Shown here: positions 1 to 11,700 of the stretch, piece by piece
How positions within the stretch are numbered: position 1 is the first letter of the stretch
Layout of the letters: each line of letters starts with the position of its first letter
Origin: Auanema rhodensis
Lineage: Eukaryota > Animalia > Nematoda
Assembly (NCBI GenBank): GCA_964057225.1
Contig: OZ059896.1
Location: forward strand, 22,444,001-22,508,000
DNA: 64,000 bases
Reading direction: 5' to 3'
The notes under the pieces: generated by a model
What the model was told of the DNA's origin: nothing
What the model saw: the letters and a program-made list of their open reading frames with translations, nothing else
Database searches by the model: none
Position numbers and translations under genes: made by a program

Positions 1-355
1 CAACTGATATAAGTTCACACTTATATCATCGATTTTCACCCTGAAGAATTAATTTTTTCGTTGAATAACATTGTCCATCGTCTTTGCCTTAAAAAAGGAA
101 TCTAAAAACATCTACTTTTTGCTAAATTATTTTGAAATTTTTCGAAAAAATTTTTGTCAAAATGTTTTTGGAAGCAATGTTGAGTGTACATGGAAACTCA
201 ACATACACTAATGCATCATTTTCCAAACGATCATAACTAATTTTTGTATTAAGCGTTTCTCAATGTAGTATAGTGCATTCGATGCGGATTTTTAAGCTGC
301 GTCGATCTGTGTTATCAGATTTGCGCTAGCTTAAAAATGCACCGATATATCAACT

Positions 356-377
356 GATATAAGTTCACACTTATATC
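356..377. other. Per-monomer inverted repeat 1: GATATAAGT-tcac-ACTTATATC (9-bp perfect stem, 4-nt loop)
   Basis: 356-364 is the exact reverse complement of 369-377. The stem is 10 bp in ATCATC-variant monomers (e.g. 5-28). Confidence 0.95.
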
Positions 378-479
378 CTCGATTTTCACCCTGAAGAATT
401 AATTTTTTCGTAGAATAACATTGTCCATCGTCTTTGCCTTGAAAAAAGGAATCTAAAAACATCTACTTTTTGCTAAATT

Positions 480-514
480 ATTTTGAAATTTTTCGAAAAA
501 ATTTTTGTCAAAAT
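480..514. other. Per-monomer palindrome 2: TTTTTCGAAAAA (489-500) nested in ATTTTGA...TCAAAAT arms
   Basis: 12-bp perfect palindrome at 489-500; 480-486 is complementary to 508-514. Confidence 0.9.
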
Positions 515-527
515 GTTTTTGGAAGCA

Positions 528-555
528 ATGTTGAGTGTACATGGAAACTCAACAT
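528..555. other. Per-monomer inverted repeat 3: ATGTTGAGT-gtacatggaa-ACTCAACAT (9-bp perfect stem, 10-nt loop)
   Basis: 528-536 is the exact reverse complement of 547-555. Confidence 0.95.
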
Positions 556-629
556 ACACTAATGCATCATTTTTCAAACGATCATAACTAATTTTTGTAT
601 TAAGCGTTTCTCAATGTAGTATAGTGCAT

Positions 630-696
630 TCGATGCGGATTTTTAAGCTGCGTCGATCTGTGTTATCAGATTTGCGCTAGCTTAAAAATGCACCGA
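630..696. other. Per-monomer long imperfect foldback 4 with 11-bp perfect core ATTTTTAAGCT/AGCTTAAAAAT
   Basis: 639-649 pairs with 679-689, GCG 650-652 with CGC 675-677, and ATCTG 656-660 with CAGAT 667-671. TCGATGC 630-636 pairs with GCACCGA 690-696 (1 mismatch). Confidence 0.9.
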
Positions 697-3600
697 GATA
701 TCAACTGATATAAGTTCACACTTATATCATCGATTTTCACCCTGAAGAATTAATTTTTTTTCGTTGAATAACATTGTCCATCGTCTTTGCCTTAAAAAAG
801 GAATCTAAAAACATCTACTTTTTGCTAAATTAATTTGAAATTTTTCGAAAAAATTTTTGTCAAAATGTTTTTGGAAGCAATGTTGAGTGTACATGGAAAC
901 TCAACATACACTAATGCATCATTTTTCAAACGATCATAACTAATTTTTGTATTAAGCGTTTCTCAATGTAGTATAGTGCATTTGATGCGGATTTTTAAGC
1001 TGCGTCGATCTGTGTTATCAGATTTGCGCTAGCTTAAAAATGCACCGAGATATCAACTGATATAAGTTCACACTTATATCCTCGATTTTCACCCTGAAGA
1101 ATTGATTTTTTCGTTGAATAACATTGTCCATCGTTTTTGCCTTGAAAAAAGAAATCTAAGAACATCTACTTTTTGCTAAATTATTTTGAAATTTTTCGAA
1201 AAAATTTTTGTCAAAATGTTTTTGGAAGCAATGTTGATTGTACATGGAAACTCAACATACACTAATGCATCATTTTTCAAACGATCATAACTAATTTTTG
1301 TATTAAGCGTTTCTCAATGTAGTATAGTGCATTCGATGCGGATTTTTAAGCTGCGTCGATCTGTGTTATCAGATTTGCGCTAGCTTAAAAATGCACCGAG
1401 ATATCAACTGATATAAGTTCACACTTATATCCTCGATTTTCACCCTGAAGAATTAATTTTTTCGTTGAATAACATTGTCCATCGTCTTTGCCTTGAAAAA
1501 AGGAATCTAAAAACATCTACTTTTTGCTAAATTATTTTGAAATTTTTCGAAAAAATTTTTGTCAAAATGTTTTTGGAAGCAATGTTGAGTGTACATGGAA
1601 ACTCAACATACACTAATGCATCATTTTTCAAACGATCATAACTAATTTTTGTATTAAGCGTTTCTCAATGTAGTATAGTGCATTCGATGCGGATTTTTAA
1701 GCTGCGTCGATCTGTGTTATCAGATTTGCGCTAGCTTAAAAATGCACCGATATATCAACTGATATAAGTTCACACTTATATCCTCGATTTTCACCCTGAA
1801 GAATTGATTTTTTCGTTGAATAACATTGTCCATCGTTTTTGCCTTGAAAAAAGAAATCTAAAAACATCTACTTTTTGCTAAATTATTTTGAAATTTTTCG
1901 AAAAAATTTTTGTCAAAATGTTTTTGGAAGCAATGTTGAGTGTACATGGAAACTCAACATACACTAATGCATCATTTTTCAAACGATCATAACTAATTTT
2001 TGTATTAAGCGTTTCTCAATGTAGTATAGTGCATTCGATGCGGATTTTTAAGCTGCGTCGATCTGTGTTATCAGATTTGCGCTAGCTTAAAAATGCACCG
2101 AGATATCAACTGATATAAGTTCACACTTATATCCTCGATTTTCACCCTGAAGAATTAATTTTTTCGTAGAATAACATTGTCCATCGTCTTTGCCTTGAAA
2201 AAAGGAATCTAAAAACATCTACTTTTTGCTAAATTATTTTGAAATTTTTCGAAAAAATTTTTGTCAAAATGTTTTTGGAAGCAATGTTGAGTGTACATGG
2301 AAACTCAACATACACTAATGCATCATTTTTCAAACGATCATAACTAATTTTTGTATTAAGCGTTTCTCAATGTAGTATAGTGCATTCGATGCGGATTTTT
2401 AAGCTGCGTCGATCTGTGTTATCAGATTTGCGCTAGCTTAAAAATGCACCGATATATCAACTGATATAAGTTCACACTTATATCCTCGATTTTCACCCTG
2501 AAGAATTAATTTTTTCGTAGAATAAAATTGTCCATCGTCTTTGCCTTGAAAAAAGGAATCTAAAAACATCTACTTTTTGCTAAATTATTTTGAAATTTTT
2601 CGAAAAAATTTTTGTCAAAATGTTTTTGGAAGCAATGTTGAGTGTAAATGGAAACTCAACATACACTAATGCATCATTTTTCAAACGATCATAACTAATT
2701 TTTGTATTAAGCGTTTCTCAATGTAGTATAGTGCATTCGATGCGGATTTTTAAGCTGCGTCGATCTGTGTTATCAGATTTGCGCTAGCTTAAAAATGCAC
2801 CGAGATATCAACTGATATAAGTTCACACTTATATCCTCGATTTTCACCCTGAAGAATTGATTTTTTCGTTGAATAACATTGTCCATCGTTTTTGCCTTGA
2901 AAAAAGAAATCTAAAAACATCTACTTTTTGCTAAATTATTTTGAAATTTTTCGAAAAAATTTTTGTCAAAATGTTTTTGGAAGCAATGTTGATTGTACAT
3001 GGAAACTCAACATACACTAATGCATCATTTTTCAAACAATCATAACTAATTTTTGTATTAAGCGCTTTTCAATGTAGTATAGTGCATTCGATGCGGATTT
3101 TTAAGCTGCGTCGATCTGTGTTATCAGATTTGCGCTAGCTTAAAAATGCACCGAGATATCAACTGATATAAGTTCACACTTATATCCTCGATTTTCACCC
3201 TGAAGAATTAATTTTTTCGTTGAATAACATTGTCCATCGTCTTTGCCTTGAAAAAAGGAATTCAAAAACATCTACTTTTTGCTAAATTATTTTGAAATTT
3301 TTCGAAAAAATTTTTGTCAAAATGTTTTTGGAAGCAATGTTGAGTGTACATGGAAACTCAACATACACTAATGCATCATTTTTCAAACGATCATAACTAA
3401 TTTTTGTATTAAGCGTTTCTCAATGTAGTATAGTGCATTCGATGCGGATTTTTAAGCTGCGTCGATCTGTGTTAACAGATTTGCGCTAGCTTAAAAATGC
3501 ACCGAGATATTAACTGATATAAGTTCACACTTATATCCTCGATTTTCACCCTGAAGAATTAATTTTTTCGTAGAATAACATTGTCCATCGTCTTTGCCTT

Positions 3601-5967
3601 GAAAAAAGGAATCTAAAAACATCTACTTTTTGCTAAATTATTTTGAAATTTTTCGAAAAAATTTTTGTCAAAATGTTTTTGGAAGCAATGTTGAGTGTAC
3701 ATGGAAACTCAACATACACTAATGCATCATTTTTCAAACGATCATAACTAATTTTTGTATTAAGCGTTTCTCAATGTAGTATAGTGCATTCGATGCGGAT
3801 TTTTAAGCTGCGTCGATCTGTGTTATCAGATTTGCGCTAGCTTAAAAATGCATCGATATATCAACTGATATAAGTTCACACTTATATCCTCGATTTTCAC
3901 CCTGAAGAATTAATTTTTTCGTAGAATAACATTGTCCATCGTCTTTGCCTTGAAAAAAGGAATCTAAAAACATCTACTTTTTGCTAAATTATTTTGAAAT
4001 TTTTCGAAAAAATTTTTGTCAAAATGTTTTTGGAAGCAATGTTGAGTGTACATGGAAACTCAACATACACTAATGCATCATTTTTCAAACGATCATAACT
4101 AATTTTTGTATTAAGCGTTTCTCAATGTAGTATAGTGCATTCGATGCGGATTTTTAAGCTGCGTCGATCTGTGTTATCAGATTTGCGCTAGTTTAAAAAT
4201 GCACCGAGATATCAACTGATATAAGTTCACACTTATATCCTCGATTTTCACCCTGAAGAATTGATTTTTTCGTTGAATAACATTGTCCATCGTTTTTGCC
4301 TTGAAAAAAGAAATCTGAAAACATCTACTTTTTGCTAAATTATTTTGAAATTTTTCGAAAAAATTTTTGTCAAAATGTTTTTGGAAGCAATGTTGAGTGT
4401 ACATGGAAACTCAACATACACTAATGCATCATTTTTCAAACGATCATAACTAATTTTTGTATTAAGCGTTTCTCAATGTAGTATAGTGCATTCGATGCAG
4501 ATTTTTAAGCTGCGTCGATCTGTGTTATCAGATTTGCGCTAGCTTAAAAATGCACCGAGATATCAACTGATATAAGTTCACACTTATATCCTCGATTTTC
4601 ACCCTGAAGAATTGATTTTTTCGTTGAATAACATTGTCCATCGTTTTTGCCTTGAAAAAAGAAATCTAAAAACATCTACTTTTTGCTAAATTATTTTGAA
4701 ATTTTTCGGAAAAATTTTTGTCAAAATGTTTTTGGAAGCAATGTTGATTGTACATGGAAACTCAACATACACTAATGCATCATTTTTCAAACGATCATAA
4801 CTAATTTTTGTATTAAGCGTTTCTCAATGTAGTATAGTGCATTCGATGCGCATTTTTAAGCTGCGTCGAGCTGTGTTATCAGATTTGCGCTAGCTTAAAA
4901 ATGCACCGAGATATCAACTGATATAAGTTCACACTTATATCCTCGATTTTCACCCTGAAGAATTAATTTTTTCGTAGAATAACATTGTCCATCGTCTTTG
5001 CCTTGAAAAAAGGAATCTAAAAACATCTACTTTTTGCTAAATTATTTTGAAATTTTTCGAAAAAATTTTTGTCAAAATGTTTTTGGAAGCAATGTTGAGT
5101 GTACATGGAAACTCAACATACACTAATGCATCATTTTCCAAACGATCATAACTAATTTTTGTATTAAGCGTTTCTCAATGTAGTATAGTGCATTCGATGC
5201 GGATTTTTAAGCTGCGTCGATCTGTGTTATCAGATTTGCGCTAGCTTAAAAATGCACCGAGATATCAACTGATATAAGTTCACACTTATATCCTCGATTT
5301 TCACCCTGAAGAATTAATTTTTTCGTTGAATAACACTGTCCATCGTCTTTGCCTTGAAAAATGGAATCTAAAAACATCTACTTTTTGCTAAATTATTTTG
5401 AAATTTTTCGAAAAAATTTTTGTCAAAATGTTTTTGGAAGCAATGTTGAGTGTACATGGAAACTCAACATACACTAATGCATCATTTTTCAAACGATCAT
5501 AACTAATTTTTGTATTAAGCGTTTCTCAATGTAGTATAGTGCATTCGATGCGGATTTTTAAGCTGCGTCGATCTGTGTTATCAGATTTGCGCTAGTTTAA
5601 AAATGCACCGAGATATCAACTGATATAAGTTCACACTTATATCCTCGATTTTCACCCTGAAGAATTGATTTTTTCGTTGAATAACATTGTCCATCGTTTT
5701 TGCCTTGAAAAAAGAAATCTAAAAACATCTACTTTTTGCTAAATTATTTTGAAATTTTTCGGAAAAATTTTTGTCAAAATGTTTTTGGAAGCAATGTTGA
5801 TTGTACATGGAAACTCAACATACACTAATGCATCATTTTTCAAACGATCATAACTAATTTTTGTATTAAGCGTTTCTCAATGTAGTATAGTGCATTCGAT
5901 GCGCATTTTTAAGCTGCGTCGATCTGTGTTATCAGATTTGCGCTAGCTTAAAAATGCACCGAGATAT

Positions 5968-8773
5968 CAACTGATATAAGTTCACACTTATATCCTCGAT
6001 TTTCACCCTGAAGAATTGATTTTTTCGTTGAATAACATTGTCCATCGTTTTTGCCTTGAAAAAAGAAATCTAAAAACATCTACTTTTTGCTAAATTATTT
6101 TGAAATTTTTCGGAAAAATTTTTGTCAAAATGTTTTTGGAAGCAATGTTGATTGTACATGGAAACTCAACATACACTAATGCATCATTTTTCAAACGATC
6201 ATAACTAATTTTTGTATTAAGCGTTTCTCAATGTAGTATAGTGCATTCGATGCGCATTTTTAAGCTGCGTCGAGCTGTGTTATCAGATTTGCGCTAGCTT
6301 AAAAATGCACCGAGATATCAACTGATATAAGTTCACACTTATATCCTCGATTTTCACCCTGAAGAATTAATTTTTTCGTAGAATAACATTGTCCATCGTC
6401 TTTGCCTTGAAAAAAGGAATCTAAAAACATCTACTTTTTGCTAAATTATTTTGAAATTTTTCGAAAAAATTTTTGTCAAAATGTTTTTGGAAGCAATGTT
6501 GAGTGTACATGGAAACTCAACATACACTAATGCATCATTTTCCAAACGATCATAACTAATTTTTGTATTAAGCGTTTCTCAATGTAGTATAGTGCATTCG
6601 ATGCGGATTTTTAAGCTGCGTCGATCTGTGTTATCAGATTTGCGCTAGCTTAAAAATGCACCGAGATATCAACTGATATAAGTTCACACTTATATCATCG
6701 ATTTTCACCCTGAAGAATTAATTTTTTCGTTGAATAACATTGTCCATCGTCTTTGCCTTAAAAAAGGAATCTAAAAACATCTACTTTTTGCTAAATTATT
6801 TTGAAATTTTTCGAAAAAATTTTTGTCAAAATGTTTTTGGAAGCAATGTTGAGTGTACATGGAAACTCAACATACACTAATGCATCATTTTCCAAACGAT
6901 CATAACTAATTTTTGTATTAAGCGTTTCTCAATGTAGTATAGTGCATTCGATGCGGATTTTTAAGCTGCGTCGATCTGTGTTATCAGATTTGCGCTAGCT
7001 TAAAAATGCACCGATATATCAACTGATATAAGTTCACACTTATATCCTCGATTTTCACCCTGAAGAATTAATTTTTTCGTAGAATAACATTGTCCATCGT
7101 CTTTGCCTTGAAAAAAAGAATCTAAAAACATCTACTTTTTGCTAAATTATTTTGAAATTTTTCGAAAAAATTTTTGTCAAAATGTTTTTGGAAGCAATGT
7201 TGAGTGTACATGGAAACTCAACATACACTAATGCATCATTTTTCAAACGATCATAACTAATTTTTGTATTAAGCGTTTCTCAATGTAGTATAGTGCATTC
7301 GATGCGGATTTTTAAGCTGCGTCGATCTGTGTTATCAGATTTGCGCTAGCTTAAAAATGCACCGAGATATCAACTGATATAAGTTCACACTTATATCCTC
7401 GATTTTCACCCTGAAGAATTGATTTTTTCGTTGAATAACATTGTCCATCGTTTTTGCCTTGAAAAAAGAAATCTAAAAACATCTACTTTTTGCTAAATTA
7501 TTTTGAAATTTTTCGGAAAAATTTTTGTCAAAATGTTTTTGGAAGCAATGTTGATTGTACATGGAAACTCAACATACACTAATGCATCATTTTTCAAACG
7601 ATCATAACTAATTTTTGTATTAAGCGTTTCTCAATGTAGTATAGTGCATTCGATGCGCATTTTTAAGCTGCGTCGAGCTGTGTTATCAGATTTGCGCTAG
7701 CTTAAAAATGCACCGAGATATCAACTGATATAAGTTCACACTTATATCCTCGATTTTCACCCTGAAGAATTAATTTTTTCGTAGAATAACATTGTCCATC
7801 GTCTTTGCCTTGAAAAAAGGAATCTAAAAACATCTACTTTTTGCTAAATTATTTTGAAATTTTTCGAAAAAATTTTTGTCAAAATGTTTTTGGAAGCAAT
7901 GTTGAGTGTACATGGAAACTCAACATACACTAATGCATCATTTTCCAAACGATCATAACTAATTTTTGTATTAAGCGTTTCTCAATGTAGTATAGTGCAT
8001 TCGATGCGGATTTTTAAGCTGCGTCGATCTGTGTTATCAGATTTGCGCTAGCTTAAAAATGCACCGAGATATCAACTGATATAAGTTCACACTTATATCA
8101 TCGATTTTCACCCTGAAGAATTAATTTTTTCGTTGAATAACATTGTCCATCGTCTTTGCCTTAAAAAAGGAATCTAAAAACATCTACTTTTTGCTAAATT
8201 ATTTTGAAATTTTTCGAAAAAATTTTTGTCAAAATGTTTTTGGAAGCAATGTTGAGTGTACATGGAAACTCAACATACACTAATGCATCATTTTCCAAAC
8301 GATCATAACTAATTTTTGTATTAAGCGTTTCTCAATGTAGTATAGTGCATTCGATGCGGATTTTTAAGCTGCGTCGATCTGTGTTATCAGATTTGCGCTA
8401 GCTTAAAAATGCACCGATATATCAACTGATATAAGTTCACACTTATATCCTCGATTTTCACCCTGAAGAATTAATTTTTTCGTAGAATAACATTGTCCAT
8501 CGTCTTTGCCTTGAAAAAAGGAATCTAAAAACATCTACTTTTTGCTAAATTATTTTGAAATTTTTCGAAAAAATTTTTGTCAAAATGTTTTTGGAAGCAA
8601 TGTTGAGTGTACATGGAAACTCAACATACACTAATGCATCATTTTTCAAACGATCATAACTAATTTTTGTATTAAGCGTTTCTCAATGTAGTATAGTGCA
8701 TTCGATGCGGATTTTTAAGCTGCGTCGATCTGTGTTATCAGATTTGCGCTAGCTTAAAAATGCACCGAGATAT
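5968..8773. repeat. Local 4-monomer higher-order repeat x2 (1403-bp period)
   Basis: The variant order [TTGA/TCGG/GCGCA/GAGC]-[TAG/TTCCA]-[ATCATC, 350 bp, TTCCA]-[TAG] occurs at 5968-7370 and again at 7371-8773. Confidence 0.85.
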
Positions 8774-11700
8774 CAACTGATATAAGTTCACACTTATATC
8801 ATCGATTTTCACCCTGAAGAATTAATTTTTTCGTTGAATAACATTGTCCATCGTCTTTGCCTTAAAAAAGGAATCTAAAAACATCTACTTTTTGCTAAAT
8901 TAATTTGAAATTTTTCGAAAAAATTTTTGTCAAAATGTTTTTGGAAGCAATGTTGAGTGTACATGGAAACTCAACATACACTAATGCATCATTTTTCAAA
9001 CGATCATAACTAATTTTTGTATTAAGCGTTTCTCAATGTAGTATAGTGCATTTGATGCGGATTTTTAAGCTGCGTCGATCTGTGTTATCAGATTTGCGCT
9101 AGCTTAAAAATGCACCGAGATATCAACTGATATAAGTTCACACTTATATCATCGATTTTCACCCTGAAGAATTAATTTTTTCGTTGAATAACATTGTCCA
9201 TCGTCTTTGCCTTGAAAAAAGAAATCTAAAAACATCTACTTTTTGCTAAATTATTTTGAAATTTTTCGAAAAAATTTTTGTCAAAATGTTTTTGGAAGCA
9301 ATGTTGAGTGTACATGGAAACTCAACATACACTAATGCATCATTTTTCAAACGATCATAACTAATTTTTGTATTAAGCGTTTCTCAATGTAGTATAGTGC
9401 ATTCGATGCGCATTTTTAAGCTGCGTCGAGCTGTGTTATCAGATTTGCGCTAGCTTAAAAATGCACCGAGATATCAACTGATATAAGTTCACACTTATAT
9501 CCTCGATTTTCACCCTGAAGAATTAATTTTTTCGTAGAATAACATTGTCCATCGTCTTTGCCTTGAAAAAAGGAATCTAAAAACATCTACTTTTTGCTAA
9601 ATTATTTTGAAATTTTTCGAAAAAATTTTTGTCAAAATGTTTTTGGAAGCAATGTTGAGTGTACATGGAAACTCAACATACACTAATGCATCATTTTCCA
9701 AACGATCATAACTAATTTTTGTATTAAGCGTTTCTCAATGTAGTATAGTGCATTCGATGCGGATTTTTAAGCTGCGTCGATCTGTGTTATCAGATTTGCG
9801 CTAGCTTAAAAATGCACCGAGATATCAACTGATATAAGTTCACACTTATATCCTCGATTTTCACCCTGAAGAATTAATTTTTTCGTAGAATAACATTGTC
9901 CATCGTCTTTGCCTTGAAAAAAGGAATCTAAAAACATCTACTTTTTGCTAAATTATTTTGAAATTTTTCGAAAAAATTTTTGTCAAAATGTTTTTGGAAG
10001 CAATGTTGAGTGTACATGGAAACTCAACATACACTAATGCATCATTTTCCAAACGATCATAACTAATTTTTGTATTAAGCGTTTCTCAATGTAGTATAGT
10101 GCATTCGATGCGGATTTTTAAGCTGCGTCGATCTGTGTTATCAGATTTGCGCTAGCTTAAAAATGCACCGAGATATCAACTGATATAAGTTCACACTTAT
10201 ATCATCGATTTTCACCCTGAAGAATTAATTTTTTCGTTGAATAACATTGTCCATCGTCTTTGCCTTAAAAAAGGAATCTAAAAACATCTACTTTTTGCTA
10301 AATTATTTTGAAATTTTTCGAAAAAATTTTTGTCAAAATGTTTTTGGAAGCAATGTTGAGTGTACATGGAAACTCAACATACACTAATGCATCATTTTTC
10401 AAACGATCATAACTAATTTTTGTATTAAGCGTTTCTCAATGTAGTATAGTGCATTCGATGCGGATTTTTAAGCTGCGTCGATCTGTGTTATCAGATTTGC
10501 GCTAGCTTAAAAATGCACCGAGATATCAACTGATATAAGTTCACACTTATATCATCGATTTTCACCCTGAAGAATTAATTTTTTCGTTGAATAACATTGT
10601 CCATCGTCTTTGCCTTAAAAAAGGAATCTAAAAACATCTACTTTTTGCTAAATTAATTTGAAATTTCTCGAAAAAATTTTTGTCAAAATGTTTTTGGAAG
10701 CAATGTTGAGTGTACATGGAAACTCAACATACACTAATGCATCATTTTTCAAACGATCATAACTAATTTTTGTATTAAGCGTTTCTCAATGTAGTATAGT
10801 GCATTTGATGCGGATTTTTAAGCTGCGTCGATCTGTGTTATCAGATTTGCGCTAGCTTAAAAATGCACCGAGATATCAACTGATATAAGTTCACACTTAT
10901 ATCATCGATTTTCACCCTGAAGAATTAATTTTTTCGTTGAATAACATTGTCCATCGTCTTTGCCTTGAAAAAAGAAATCTAAAAACATCTACTTTTTGCT
11001 AAATTATTTTGAAATTTTTCGAAAAAATTTTTGTCAAAATGTTTTTGGAAGCAATGTTGAGTGTACATGGAAACTCAACATACACTAATGCATCATTTTT
11101 CAAACGATCATAACTAATTTTTGTATTAAGCGTTTCTCAATGTAGTATAGTGCATTCGATGCAGATTTTTAAGCTGCGTCGATCTGTGTTATCAGATTTG
11201 CGCTAGCTTAAAAATGCACCGAGATATCAACTGATATAAGTTCACACTTATATCCTCGATTTTCACCCTGAAGAATTGATTTTTTCGTTGAATAACATTG
11301 TCCATCGTTTTTGCCTTGAAAAAAGAAATCTAAAAACATCTACTTTTTGCTAAATTATTTTGAAATTTTTCGGAAAAATTTTTGTCAAAATGTTTTTGGA
11401 AGCAATGTTGATTGTACATGGAAACTCAACATACACTAATGCATCATTTTTCAAACGATCATAACTAATTTTTGTATTAAGCGTTTCTCAATGTAGTATA
11501 GTGCATTCGATGCGGATTTTTAAGCTGCGTCGATCTGTGTTATCAGATTTGCGCTAGCTTAAAAATGCACCGAGATATCAACTGATATAAGTTCACACTT
11601 ATATCCTCGATTTTCACCCTGAAGAATTGATTTTTTCGTTGAATAACATTGTCCATCGTTTTTGCCTTGAAAAAAGAAATCTAAAAACATCTACTTTTTG

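Larger units (their letters stand above)
351..701. repeat. Representative near-consensus monomer (351 bp, ~31% GC, 12 CpG)
   Basis: Hand count gives 110 G+C of 351. Contains BstBI (TTCGAA), BsrGI (TGTACA), NsiI (ATGCAT) and NheI (GCTAGC) sites, with EcoRV (GATATC) at the junction with the next copy. Confidence 0.95.

Noticed and set aside
56-72. CENP-B box-like TTTCGTTGAATAACATT
   Set aside because: It matches only the TTCG....A half of NTTCGNNNNANNCGGGN; the essential CGGG is absent.
528-575. Rho-independent terminator-like hairpins
   Set aside because: The stems are AT-rich, lack an immediately adjacent U-tract and have no upstream gene; the context is satellite DNA.
351-701. Tandem 5S rRNA, tRNA, snRNA or spliced-leader gene repeat
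   Set aside because: I see no recognisable 5S sequence, cloverleaf, Pol III A/B boxes or SL leader by eye. An Infernal/Rfam scan would be the decisive test.
4177-4404. 75-aa minus-strand ORF (identical copy at 43475-43702)
   Set aside because: It exists only because variant A>G at 4317 removes a TAG in a B-type monomer, whose ATTGA variant removes a TAA. Other monomers have the stop. The F/K/N-rich sequence is a translation of A/T tracts. The second copy just reflects the 39,298-bp duplication.
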